From Candidatus Bipolaricaulia bacterium (GTDB taxonomy: Bacteria > Bipolaricaulota > Bipolaricaulia > RBG-16-55-9), in assembly GCA_042219045.1 (NCBI GenBank), contig JBDGQO010000009.1:17763-46532 (forward strand): a DNA stretch of 28,770 nucleotides, given 5' to 3'. The position numbers were made by a program, and so were the translations under genes. A model generated the notes under the pieces. The model was not told the DNA's origin, made no database searches, and saw nothing but the letters and a program-made list of their open reading frames with translations. This document shows, one piece after another, positions 17,550 to 28,770 of this stretch (position 1 is its first letter; each line of letters starts with the position of its first letter).

Positions 17550-18425
17550 ATGACCCATCCCGATCCCCGAATGCAACCGTTGGCCGACAACGTCTGGGTC
17601 TATCTGCCGCAGTGGCGACGCCTCGAACCCGCCATCGGCGTCATCCTGACCTCGCAGGGATGGGTCGTCGTCGACAGCGGCAACTCGCCCGTTCACGCAG
17701 GGCATGCCTGGGATGCCATGCGCCGAATCCGCAATGTCCCCGTTCGCTACACCATCAACACCCACCGGCACTTCGACCACGTCTTCGGCAATCAGGTGTT
17801 CGGCGCGCCCGTGGTCGCCAGCCGGCAATGTCGAAAGCGATTCCGGGCCAACCTCGAAGACGATTGGGCGCCGCACCGCGTGCAGCAATGGCTGCAACAG
17901 GAGATGCTTCCGCACCTGGACGCCCTCGCGTTGACGGACTTTGAGGGATTGGTGCCGGTGCCGCCGACGATCAGCTTCCAGCGCCGCCTCGAGCTGGACG
18001 TGGGGGATACCCATTTGGAGCTGTTTCCGTCTCAAGGCGCACACTGCGACGATCACGTCAGCGTCTTTCTCCCGGAGGAGCGCGTTCTGTTCGTCGGGGA
18101 CACCTTCTACTTCCACGAGTCGGAAGGCGCGATCACCCGCTGGCTCAAGCTCCTGGACGAGCTGGTCCAGTGGGAGGCCGATACCGTCGTGCCAGGCCAC
18201 GAAGCGCCCTACAGCCGGATATCCTTGGAGCTGTTGCGGGCGTATGGCCACGATCTCTTTGAGACGCTCATCTCGTCGGTGCGCATCAACGTTCCGGAAG
18301 ACGAAGCCATCCGTCAACCGCTGGCCAAACGCTATGAGGACATCGAGTTTCTCGACGCGCGAACCCACCGTCGATTGGCGAGAGCCGTCTACCGCGAGCT
18401 TGCCGCGCGCAACTCGGCTCCATGA
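17550..18425 (+). CDS. Metallo-beta-lactamase-fold hydrolase (cyclase/glyoxalase II-like)
   Basis: VVVDSG, NTHRHFDHVFGN, GAHCDD, LFVGD, VVPGH. Confidence 0.88.
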   Translation: MTHPDPRMQPLADNVWVYLPQWRRLEPAIGVILTSQGWVVVDSGNSPVHAGHAWDAMRRIRNVPVRYTINTHRHFDHVFGNQVFGAPVVASRQCRKRFRANLEDDWAPHRVQQWLQQEMLPHLDALALTDFEGLVPVPPTISFQRRLELDVGDTHLELFPSQGAHCDDHVSVFLPEERVLFVGDTFYFHESEGAITRWLKLLDELVQWEADTVVPGHEAPYSRISLELLRAYGHDLFETLISSVRINVPEDEAIRQPLAKRYEDIEFLDARTHRRLARAVYRELAARNSAP

Positions 18426-18471
18426 TCCCGCTGGACTGATTTTGTCGGGGATATGCAGAATTTTGCCCGGC

Positions 18472-18500
18472 TTGACAGGCTTCAGCCCGGCGACTACGAT
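18472..18500 (+). promoter_or_regulatory. Sigma70-type promoter of sod
   Basis: TTGACA (18472-18477) - 17 nt - TACGAT (18495-18500). Confidence 0.75.
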
Positions 18501-18575
18501 GGTCTCGTCCTACGGTGTTTGCCACTGTGGACGCAAATTGAACGCCCATCTTCCCAAAAAAGGAGTGACGCGACC

Positions 18576-19190
18576 ATGGCATTCGAACTGCCCGACCTTC
18601 CCTATGATTTCAACGCGCTCGAGCCTCATATTGACGAACAGACCATGCGCATCCACCACGACAAGCACCACAACGCCTACACCAACAACCTCAACAAGGC
18701 GCTTGAGAAATACCCCCGGCTTCAGAACAAGTCCATCGAAGACCTCTTGAGCCACATTGAGGCCGTTCCCTCGGATATCCGCGGCGCGGTCAACTTCCAC
18801 GGCGGTGGATTTTACAATCACGCCGTGTTCTGGAAGAACATGAGCCCCAACGGCGGCGGTCAACCGAGCGGCCAGCTCGCCGACGCCATCAACGACACCT
18901 TCGGAAGCTTTGAGCAGTTCCAGGAGCAGTTCAAGGCCGCAGCCACCAGCATCCAGGGCAGCGGCTGGGCCTGGCTGGCCTGCAACCCGCTCACAGGCAG
19001 CTTGGAGATCCGCCAGATGCCGAACCAGACGAGCATCCTCACCGAAGGGCTCGTTCCCGTCGTTGGCATCGACATGTGGGAGCACGCGTTCTACCTGAAG
19101 CATCAGAACAACAAGGGTGCTTACGTGGACGAGTGGTGGAACGTCGTCAACTGGGACGACGCCGCCCAGCGCTTCCGGGACGCGATGTAA
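18576..19190 (+). CDS. sodA: Superoxide dismutase, Fe/Mn family, Mn-type signature
   Basis: LPYDFNALEPHI, HHDKHH..Y, GGGFYNH, GSGWAWL, NQ, DMWEHAFY; SD AAGGAG. Confidence 0.93.
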   Translation: MAFELPDLPYDFNALEPHIDEQTMRIHHDKHHNAYTNNLNKALEKYPRLQNKSIEDLLSHIEAVPSDIRGAVNFHGGGFYNHAVFWKNMSPNGGGQPSGQLADAINDTFGSFEQFQEQFKAAATSIQGSGWAWLACNPLTGSLEIRQMPNQTSILTEGLVPVVGIDMWEHAFYLKHQNNKGAYVDEWWNVVNWDDAAQRFRDAM

Positions 19191-19196
19191 GCTCGA

Positions 19197-19229
19197 ACGC
19201 GGGCCGGGCACCGAGCTGCCGGCCCGTGT
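19197..19229 (+). terminator. GC-rich hairpin right after the sod stop (no U-tract)
   Basis: ACGCGGGCCGG / CCGGCCCGTGT, 11 bp with one G-U pair. Confidence 0.4.
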
Positions 19230-19411
19230 CGGTCGTTCGGGGACGCGACCATGTCAACGTCAGTTACGCAGAGGGACAAGCCCGCCGCGTTGGCCAACCC
19301 TCTGCGCATGCGGAAAGTGGGAGTCGCTGACGCAGAGGAGGCGCCGCCGCGTCGAGGCATCGTCTGCACCGACGGCAGCTCCGTGTCGCATCGGGGAAGG
19401 GTTGGCACAAC

Positions 19412-20638
19412 GTGAAGGGAATCCTCATCATCGCCGACGGCCTCGGCGGTCGCCCGACGGACGTCGAAGGCCACACGTGCCTTGAAGCGGCGCGGACGCC
19501 GCACATCAACGAGGCGGCGGCACGAGGCGCTGTCGGCCTGCTGGATCCGATCGGCCCCGGCGTGCGACCGGGCAGCGACGTTGCCCACCTGTCCCTATTC
19601 GGCTACGACCCCTACAACGAGTACCCTGGCCGCGGCGTCTTTGAAGCCGTCGGCGTCGGGCTCGACGTGCAGCCGGGCGACGTCTGCTTCCGGACGAACT
19701 TCGCCACGATCGACGAGGACTTCGTCGTCGAGGATCGCCGAGCGGGGCGCATTGAATCGGGCCAACCCGAGCTGGAGAGGGCGCTCGGCGAGTTGGACCT
19801 CGGCGACGACGCGGACGTCCTCTTCAAGACGAGCACCGAACATCGCGGCGCGCTCCTCCTGCGCGGTTCCGGTCTGTCCGCGTCCATCAGCGAAGCGGAT
19901 CCCCACGAGCCCGGCCAGCCGGTGTGGGACGTCCGGCCGACGGACCACACCGACGAAGCGGCCCGCACGGCGGAGCTCGTGAATACGCTGCTGCGTCAGG
20001 CCCATGACATCCTGGACGACCTCCCGATCAACCGACAACGCCGACAGGCGGGTCAACCGGCCGCGAACGCCATTCTGCCCCGAGGCGCGTCAGCTGCGCC
20101 GCACTTCGAGACGTTGCCCGAGAGATACGGCATCCAGGGTAGCGTCATCGGGGGCGGTGCGCTCTACATCGGCATCGGCAAGCTTCTCGGCCTTGAGCAT
20201 TACCCCGTCGAGGGAGCCACGGGCGGACTCGACACGGACGTGATGGGCAAGGCTGAGGCAGCGATTGAAGAACTCCAAGCCCGGGACTTTGTCTTTCTCC
20301 ATATCAAGGGCACGGACTCGGCCGGCCACGATCACAACGCCGAGGCCAAGGTCGACTTCATCGAAAAGATTGATGACGCCGTCGGCCGCATTGTCGATCA
20401 CCTTGATTGGAACGAAACGCATCTCGCGTTCACGGGCGATCATTGCACCCCGACCGTCTACGGGGACCACACCGCCGAACCCGTGCCCGTGTTGTTCGCA
20501 GGCCGCAACGTCATTCCCGATACCGCCGAACGCTTCGGCGAACGCGTCGCTCAACGGGGCGGATTGGGACGATTCTCGGGGCGTGTGATCCCGATCATTG
20601 CCGGTTACGCCAATTGGCTCAAGAAATACGGGGCGTAA
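19412..20638 (+). CDS. apgM: 2,3-bisphosphoglycerate-independent phosphoglycerate mutase, archaeal type
   Basis: IADGLG, LEAARTP, PGSDVAHLSLFGYDP, GRGVFEA.G, FRTNFAT, DRRAGRI, HIKGTDSAGHD, TGDHCTP, HTAEPVP; GTG start. Confidence 0.9.
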   Translation: MKGILIIADGLGGRPTDVEGHTCLEAARTPHINEAAARGAVGLLDPIGPGVRPGSDVAHLSLFGYDPYNEYPGRGVFEAVGVGLDVQPGDVCFRTNFATIDEDFVVEDRRAGRIESGQPELERALGELDLGDDADVLFKTSTEHRGALLLRGSGLSASISEADPHEPGQPVWDVRPTDHTDEAARTAELVNTLLRQAHDILDDLPINRQRRQAGQPAANAILPRGASAAPHFETLPERYGIQGSVIGGGALYIGIGKLLGLEHYPVEGATGGLDTDVMGKAEAAIEELQARDFVFLHIKGTDSAGHDHNAEAKVDFIEKIDDAVGRIVDHLDWNETHLAFTGDHCTPTVYGDHTAEPVPVLFAGRNVIPDTAERFGERVAQRGGLGRFSGRVIPIIAGYANWLKKYGA

Positions 20639-20671
20639 TGGCAGACGAACCGCACATCAAGGGAGGAGCCT

Positions 20672-21181
20672 ATGGACACCAAACTGACGGAAGCCTTGAA
20701 CGATCAGCTGAACAACGAGCTTTTCGCGGCGTACACCTATCTGGCCATGCATGCCCACTTTGAAGGCGAGAACTGGCCCGGCTTCGCCCACTGGATGGAT
20801 CTGCAGAGCCGGGAAGAAGTCGAGCACGCGATGAAGTTTTACAACTTCATCCTGGAGCGCGGCGAGCAGGTCAAGCTCCAGTCGATCAACGAGCCCCCGT
20901 CTGAGTTCCAGTCGCCCCTCGATGTCTTCCAGAAGGCGCTGGCCCACGAGCAGGACGTCACCCAGCGCATCCACGAGATCTACAAGATCGCCCAGGACGT
21001 GGGGGACTATCCGACGCAGGTCTTTCTCCAATGGTTCATCGAGGAACAGGTGGAGGAAGAGAACGTCACCGGCGACGCCGTGGCGATGCTGGAGCGCGCC
21101 GGGGATCACATGGGCGCTTTGATGATGCTGGATCGCCAGTTCGCTGAACGCCAGGGCGAGGAAGGCGAAGCCGGCGAATAG
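20672..21181 (+). CDS. ftnA: Non-heme ferritin
   Basis: LNDQLNNEL, YLAM, QSREEVEHAMK, HEQDVTQRI, FLQWFIEEQVEEE; SD GGAGG. Confidence 0.93.
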   Translation: MDTKLTEALNDQLNNELFAAYTYLAMHAHFEGENWPGFAHWMDLQSREEVEHAMKFYNFILERGEQVKLQSINEPPSEFQSPLDVFQKALAHEQDVTQRIHEIYKIAQDVGDYPTQVFLQWFIEEQVEEENVTGDAVAMLERAGDHMGALMMLDRQFAERQGEEGEAGE

Positions 21182-21218
21182 CGACCATCCGTCCCGTCGT
21201 TCGAACTCGACAATGATG

Positions 21219-21249
21219 AAGGCCCGCTGGAGAACCCAGCGGGCCTTTT
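21219..21249 (+). terminator. Intrinsic terminator between convergent ftnA and acnA, possibly bidirectional
   Basis: AAGGCCCGCTGG-AGAAC-CCAGCGGGCCTT 12-bp stem ending in a TTTT run. Confidence 0.8.
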
Positions 21250-21287
21250 GTGCCATTGCGGCATGACCTTCCGCATGAAGCGGGCGA

Positions 21288-24023
<2,736 letters not shown>

Positions 24024-24076
24024 CGGGGTTGAGGCTCCTCTCCTCGTTCTGTTGAAAGGTCACGGCCGATGACTCA

Positions 24077-24105
24077 ATTATAGAAGGGAACAGACGGGCC
24101 CTCAA
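24077..24105 (-). promoter_or_regulatory. Sigma70-type promoter of acnA
   Basis: TTGAGG (24105-24100) - 17 nt - TATAAT (24082-24077). Confidence 0.7.
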
Positions 24106-24187
24106 CAGCCGGTCGCGTGGATGCACCTTGGCTGGCATCATTGGGCAAGCTGAAGCGAAACGAACGAGGCGTAAGGAGGCCGCACCC

Positions 24188-24952
24188 ATGAGCCGAGAGA
24201 TCTGGATCCTGATCGGCATCATCAGCCTGCTCGCTGTCGGTTTACTGACGGGACTCGTGCCCATCCCGACGGATTCTGAGCCATCGGCGATGACGGAACA
24301 CACGTTCGCCATTCCGGAGTCGCTGAACGGTTGGAAGCGGCTTGATGAGCGGACTTTGGCGTTTCAAGGCCCGATTCGTCAGGGGTCGTTCTCCCAGATG
24401 GAGGCGATGTTCGACGGCGCCGTCGATACGTTGGTGATCACCTCACAAGGAGGCCGTGTGGCGCCCGGCGTTCGGATCGGGGAGTTGGTTCTTCAAGAGA
24501 AGCTGGACGTGATCGTGGAGCGTTATTGTTTGTCCTCCTGCGCGAACTACATCTTCTTGGCCAGCCAACCGAAGGTCATTCGCCAGGGCATCGTTGGGTT
24601 TCACGGCAACATCACGCACTCCATCCGCCAAGCCGGCGGGCCCGAAGCGCGGGCCGAACAGATGGCGTCGCAAACGCCGCGCTCCCAAGAAGAGCTGGCG
24701 TCCTTGCTAAGAGAGCGCATCGAGATGGAGCAGTCGCTGATCCGTCGGATCGGCGTGCCGCAGGATTTCTACGCCATGACCGCCTCAACGCTAAAGGAAC
24801 GCAACCAGGGAACCGATGCCTCGTACGACTTCCTGTTGCCGTCGATGGCGACGTTCGCCGAGTACGGCATCACGGATATCCAGGGGCAGCAGAGCAAGAC
24901 TTGGCAGCGCAAAGCCGAGCAGCAGCTCGGCGTCCAGATGCTGCGCGATTGA
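24188..24952 (+). CDS. Membrane-anchored or exported protein with ClpP/crotonase-like peptidase fold
   Basis: SD AAGGAGG before ATG 24188. N-terminal hydrophobic helix; motifs [25 protein letters not shown]. Confidence 0.65.
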   Translation: MSREIWILIGIISLLAVGLLTGLVPIPTDSEPSAMTEHTFAIPESLNGWKRLDERTLAFQGPIRQGSFSQMEAMFDGAVDTLVITSQGGRVAPGVRIGELVLQEKLDVIVERYCLSSCANYIFLASQPKVIRQGIVGFHGNITHSIRQAGGPEARAEQMASQTPRSQEELASLLRERIEMEQSLIRRIGVPQDFYAMTASTLKERNQGTDASYDFLLPSMATFAEYGITDIQGQQSKTWQRKAEQQLGVQMLRD

Positions 24953-25017
24953 CAGCCCAGGATGCGTCCGTCGATGCTCTGGGCGTGACGACGCGATCTG
25001 GATCAAGGGGACCCGAA

Positions 25018-25794
25018 TTGGACGTGCGAACCCACAACCGAGACGCGTGGAACGAATCGGTCGAACAGGGGAACCAGTGGACGGTTCCCTCGTCACCGGA
25101 GATCATTCAGGCTGCGCGCCGCGGGCAATGGCAGATTTTCCTGACCAACACCGTGCCCGTCCCGCGCGACTGGTTCCCCGAACTGAGCACCAGCGACGTG
25201 CTGTGTCTGGCCTGCGGCGGCGGGCAGCAGGGGCCGATCCTGGCGGCGGCCGGCGCACGGGGCGTGACCGTGTTTGACAACTCCTCTCGACAACTGGAGG
25301 GTGATCGTTCTGTCGCCGAGCGCGAATCATTGGAAATTGAGACCATCGAGGGCGACATGCGCGACCTCTCCGTCTTCGGAGATGAAAGCTTCGACCTGAT
25401 CGTCCATCCGATCTCGAACGTCTTCTGTCCGGAGGTGCGGCCAGTCTGGCGCGAGGCCTTTCGCGTCATACGACCGGGCGGCGTCCTGATGGCCGGGCTC
25501 ATGAACCCGTCGATGTATGTTTTCGACCAAGACCGGGAGGAAGCGGGCGTGCTGGAGGTCAAACACCGCCTACCGTACTCCGACGCGCAGAGCCTCACGG
25601 AGGAGCAGGTCGAGCGCTACCGCACCGAGGGGCGTCCGCTGGAGTTCAGTCATTCCTTGACCGACCTGATCGGCGGCCAGCTCGACGCGGGTTTTCTATT
25701 GACGTCGCTCTACGAGGATCGCTTTGACCCGCATGAACGCGTTCTCTCTCAGTATATGCCGACGATGATCGCCACGCGGGCCGCCAAGCCCTGA
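25018..25794 (+). CDS. Class I SAM-dependent methyltransferase
   Basis: TTG start after AAGGGG. Motif [39 protein letters not shown]. Confidence 0.85.
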   Translation: MDVRTHNRDAWNESVEQGNQWTVPSSPEIIQAARRGQWQIFLTNTVPVPRDWFPELSTSDVLCLACGGGQQGPILAAAGARGVTVFDNSSRQLEGDRSVAERESLEIETIEGDMRDLSVFGDESFDLIVHPISNVFCPEVRPVWREAFRVIRPGGVLMAGLMNPSMYVFDQDREEAGVLEVKHRLPYSDAQSLTEEQVERYRTEGRPLEFSHSLTDLIGGQLDAGFLLTSLYEDRFDPHERVLSQYMPTMIATRAAKP

Positions 25795-25813
25795 GGGCGG
25801 CTCGGCGTTCGCT

Positions 25814-26252
25814 TCAGGCGTCGGGACGGGAGGCGCGTAGGTTGCGTAGCAGCCCGATCCCGGTCAGCAGGACGGCGACGACAAGCGCCAACGCTCCCAA
25901 ATAGAGCGACCACCGAAAGGCCGGAACGAACGCCAACCCGAAGAAGCCGCCCGACACGGCGACTGCGGACAGCGGCGCGCTGATCCGGGTGAGCCAGCGC
26001 AACCCCGCCGGCAGTCGAGCCAGAATCGAGCAACACCTGGATGACGAGTGAGAACAGCAGCCAGACGCCGGCGTGCGCGTGGCCCGCGCGCCAAAGCGCC
26101 CACTGGGTCTCGTCCAGGTTGAGGTCCGAAGGCGCGATGCCGGCCGTTCCCTCGGTCAGGATGCCGAGCAGCGTGGCGCCGCCGTAGGCGATCGTCGGCA
26201 CGGCGATCAGCGTGATCCCGCTGACCAGCTTCGCCTCTCGCGACAGCGTCAT
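25814..26252 (-). pseudogene. Hydrophobic membrane protein with RAGHAHAG motif, split by a +1 frameshift near 26020
   Basis: ATG 26252 (SD GAGGAGG) to TGA 25814 spans 439 nt (3n+1). Removing one base at 26020-26021 gives a continuous 145-aa hydrophobic protein ...QVLLDSARLPAGLRWLTRISAPL.... Confidence 0.7.
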
Positions 26253-26283
26253 GGTCACCTTCCTCCTCGATGACGACGGATGA

Positions 26284-26718
26284 TCACCCGCGTTTCACCC
26301 GCCACTCGTGGGCCAACGCAATAACGGCTCCGAAGCCCACAAGCGAGAGCAACACCGTGATCGTCCCGGCCAAGTTGCCCAAGATCGGGGAGCTTACCCC
26401 GAGCAGGTTGATTTCCGGGTGGTTGGCCCACGTGTCGTGCTGATGGGCGGGCGTTTCGATGAAGATGTGCGCGAGGGTGGGCGCAAGGAACACGATCGTG
26501 GCCAGCCCTACTCGCGCCAAGCTCCCCCGCCGCGCCCAGAGGGTCAGGGCCACGACAGGATAGACCAGCAGACTAAACGTGAACTCGTTAATGTCCGCCT
26601 TGAACGGCCAGCCGCTGTGGTCGAAGCGCAGGACGTGATCCACATGGTGAAGCAGGCCGATGACGACCGCCGCGAGCAGCAAGATCTCGCCCACCGATAG
26701 GCGCTTCAGCCGATCCAT
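26284..26718 (-). CDS. Hypothetical His-rich membrane protein (about 4 TM)
   Basis: Hydrophobic segments with HHVDHVLRFDHSGWPF and AHIFIE motifs. ATG 26718 chosen; no clear SD. Confidence 0.7.
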   Translation of the reverse strand: MDRLKRLSVGEILLLAAVVIGLLHHVDHVLRFDHSGWPFKADINEFTFSLLVYPVVALTLWARRGSLARVGLATIVFLAPTLAHIFIETPAHQHDTWANHPEINLLGVSSPILGNLAGTITVLLSLVGFGAVIALAHEWRVKRG

Positions 26719-26837
26719 CAGACGATACAAAGGTTGCCGAGTCTGTCCAACGTGCGCACAAGACGCCCAAGAAGCCTGTCGGATCAAATTTTACGAAACC
26801 GTAATCACTGCGTGTCGGCGTCTGCAACGTGATCGAC

Positions 26838-26866
26838 TTGAGTGGATCGGGTTGATGGCGTATCCT
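26838..26866 (+). promoter_or_regulatory. Sigma70-type promoter of the MmgE/PrpD gene
   Basis: TTGAGT (26838-26843) - 17 nt - TATCCT (26861-26866). Confidence 0.6.
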
Positions 26867-26909
26867 GAAACTCGGAGCAGACCGGTCCGAAAATCGCAAA
26901 GGAGGCCGC

Positions 26910-28277
26910 ATGGCGCAGGTGAACGACCTGGCTCAATTCGTGACGAGCGCGTCGTTTGACGACCTGTCCGACGCAGCCACCGATCAGCTGAAGATTCGGG
27001 TTTTGGACTCGTTGGCTTGCGCGTTCGGCGCGCTGGAGGGCCAGCCGATCCGCATGCTGCGCGAGCATCTCGAAGATTTCGGGGGAACCGCGCACTGCAC
27101 GCTGATCGGGGGTCAACAGAGCGCTCCCGATCGCGCCGCGCTCTACAACGGCGCGCTTGTTCGCTATCTCGACTACAACGACAGCTACCTCGCCAAGGGC
27201 GAGACGTGCCATCCGAGCGACAACCTTTCATCCGCGCTGGCGGCGGTGGAATACGCCAATGGGGATGGCAAAGATTTATTAACCGCGCTCGGGGTGGCGT
27301 ATCAAGTCCACTGTCGCTTGAGCGACGAGGCGCCCGTGCGCGAGGTGGGCTTCGATCACACCACGCAGGGCTCGTACGCGGTCGCCGCGGGCGTGGCGAA
27401 GGCCCTCGGTCTGGACGACGAGGAAACGGCCAACGCCATTGCGATCAGCGGCACGGCCCACAACGCGCTGCGCGTGACACGGACGGGCTCGCTGTCCAAC
27501 TGGAAGGGACTGGCGTATCCGGAGACGGCGTTCTGCGGGACCCACTCGGCGTTTTTGGCCAAGCGCGGCATCACCGGCCCGCCCGAGGTGTTCGAGGGGA
27601 ACAAGGGCTTCATGGACTCGATCGCGGGCCAATTCCAGATTGATTGGTCGAAGGAAAACTTGGAACGCGTGACCGACACGATCATCAAGAAGTACAACGC
27701 GGAGATCCACTCGCAGGCGAGCATCGAGGGCGCGCTGGAGCTGAAGCATCAACACGGCATCGATCCGGCGTCGATTGACGCAATCGAGATTGAGACGTTC
27801 GACGTGGCGTACCACATCATCGGCGGCGGCGAGGAGGGCGACAAGACGATCGTGCGCACCAAGGAGGAGGCAGACCACAGCCTTCCCTACATGGTCGCCG
27901 TTGCGCTGCTCGACGACCAGGTGCTGCCCGCTCAATACGACCCCGCCCGCATCGAGCGCGACGACATTCAGACGCTCTTGCGCAAAGTATCGATCTCCCC
28001 GAAGGAGAACTACAGCGACGCGTTTCCCGATGAGATGCGCTGCCGCGTGACGATCCGGCTCACTAATGGCCAAGAGCACAGCGTCGAAAAGCGCGACTAC
28101 GAAGGCTTCCAGACGCGGCCGATGAGCTGGACGACCGTCGGTGATAAATTCATGAGGTTGGCGGAGCCGTACACGAGCCCAAGCCAGCGCAGCGAGATCA
28201 TCGACACGGTGAAGCGGTTGGAGACGGCCGACATAACTCAGTTCATGGGGTTGCTGGCCCAAGTTAAGCGTCATTGA
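26910..28277 (+). CDS. MmgE/PrpD family protein (2-methylcitrate dehydratase-like)
   Basis: LDSLACA, NGALVRYLDYNDSY, HPSDN, GFDH, RTGSLSNWKG, FEGNKG, AEIHSQ, EADHSLPY; SD GGAGG. Confidence 0.92.
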   Translation: MAQVNDLAQFVTSASFDDLSDAATDQLKIRVLDSLACAFGALEGQPIRMLREHLEDFGGTAHCTLIGGQQSAPDRAALYNGALVRYLDYNDSYLAKGETCHPSDNLSSALAAVEYANGDGKDLLTALGVAYQVHCRLSDEAPVREVGFDHTTQGSYAVAAGVAKALGLDDEETANAIAISGTAHNALRVTRTGSLSNWKGLAYPETAFCGTHSAFLAKRGITGPPEVFEGNKGFMDSIAGQFQIDWSKENLERVTDTIIKKYNAEIHSQASIEGALELKHQHGIDPASIDAIEIETFDVAYHIIGGGEEGDKTIVRTKEEADHSLPYMVAVALLDDQVLPAQYDPARIERDDIQTLLRKVSISPKENYSDAFPDEMRCRVTIRLTNGQEHSVEKRDYEGFQTRPMSWTTVGDKFMRLAEPYTSPSQRSEIIDTVKRLETADITQFMGLLAQVKRH

Positions 28278-28328
28278 CAGTCAAGCCGCTTCCGCAAGCA
28301 AAGCGCTCGCCGAAGGAGGGATCGGAAA

Positions 28329-28571
28329 ATGGCCGATATCATCTGGTCCGCGATTGCCGATGCCCGCGAAGCCGTGCCTGTGATCGTCGGCTTTGGGATG
28401 ATCGTTGCGAGCAATGCCCTGCGAGCGCGACGGACCAACCAGGTCGCCTGTCTAGGCGAGTTATACTGGGTACAGGCTCGGGAGATGACAATCGCAGAGC
28501 GCATCCTCAATCGTGTCGGCATCGCGCTCTTTGTGATCGGCATGATCGGAATCGGAATAATCGCTCGTTAG
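28329..28571 (+). CDS. Small hypothetical membrane protein (80 aa, 2 TM)
   Basis: SD AAGGAGG before ATG; two hydrophobic stretches AVPVIVGFGMIVA and VGIALFVIGMIGIGIIA. Confidence 0.55.
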   Translation: MADIIWSAIADAREAVPVIVGFGMIVASNALRARRTNQVACLGELYWVQAREMTIAERILNRVGIALFVIGMIGIGIIAR

Positions 28572-28642
28572 TGGTACGATGGGCGGAGTGTCTTCGAAAA
28601 CGGACATGATGTCGAGACGTTCATAAAGGAGCAGTGATCGCC

Positions 28643-28770
28643 ATGCCCGATCCGAACCGAGGCTTCCAGTTCTTGAAGATGAACGAGCGCGAGGGAAAGC
28701 CGCGCAAACGGGGCATCACCGAGATCCGCGGCCCGTACTACTCGCCCATGGGCCCGCGCTACCTGCGCGA
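28643..28770 (+). CDS. comA: Phosphosulfolactate synthase (ComA/HSA32) family protein, 3'-truncated by the window edge
   Basis: Absent from the ORF track. SD AAAGGAG, ATG 28643; MPDPNRGFQFLKMNEREGKPRKRGITEIRGPYYSPMGPRYLR carries the family N-terminal KPR..G.T motif in its EIRGPYY variant. Confidence 0.8.
   Translation, partial: MPDPNRGFQFLKMNEREGKPRKRGITEIRGPYYSPMGPRYLR

Noticed and set aside
18514..18546. IRE-like hairpin in the sod 5' UTR
   Set aside because: CAGTG occurs only on the antisense strand; the sense loop does not match CAGUGN.
19070..19100. SOD motif WEHAFY instead of WEHAYY
   Set aside because: A known variant in other Fe/Mn SODs; the metal ligands are intact.
24526..25017. 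N-terminal 164-aa extension of the methyltransferase ORF
   Set aside because: It overlaps the upstream gene in another frame and has junk-like composition; a TTG start with SD exists at 25018.

Overview
GC-rich bacterial chromosomal segment made mostly of housekeeping and stress genes; no tRNA, rRNA, CRISPR array or mobile element was seen. Order: 5'-truncated otsA, CIRCE-preceded Hsp20, mpgS (+); a long minus-strand block rnhB, MFS, metG, rplU, prp-like, rpmA, obgE, infC (ATC start), rpmI, rplT, glyQ, glyS, alpha/beta hydrolase, 7Fe ferredoxin, GNAT; Thermotoga-type RNase Z, MBL hydrolase, Mn-type SOD, archaeal-type apgM, ferritin (+); acnA (-); an exported ClpP-fold protein and a methyltransferase (+); two His-motif membrane proteins, one frameshifted (-); MmgE/PrpD, a small membrane protein and 3'-truncated comA-like gene (+). 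Acidic proteins, two osmolyte synthases and archaeal- and Thermotoga-like genes suggest a halophilic deep-branching bacterium such as Bipolaricaulota/Acetothermia (inference). The most notable observation is a Prp ribosomal-processing protease homolog that lacks both catalytic residues (it has no Cys at all), kept intact beside an L27 that lacks the N-terminal extension Prp normally cleaves. All family calls come from motif recognition, not database searches.
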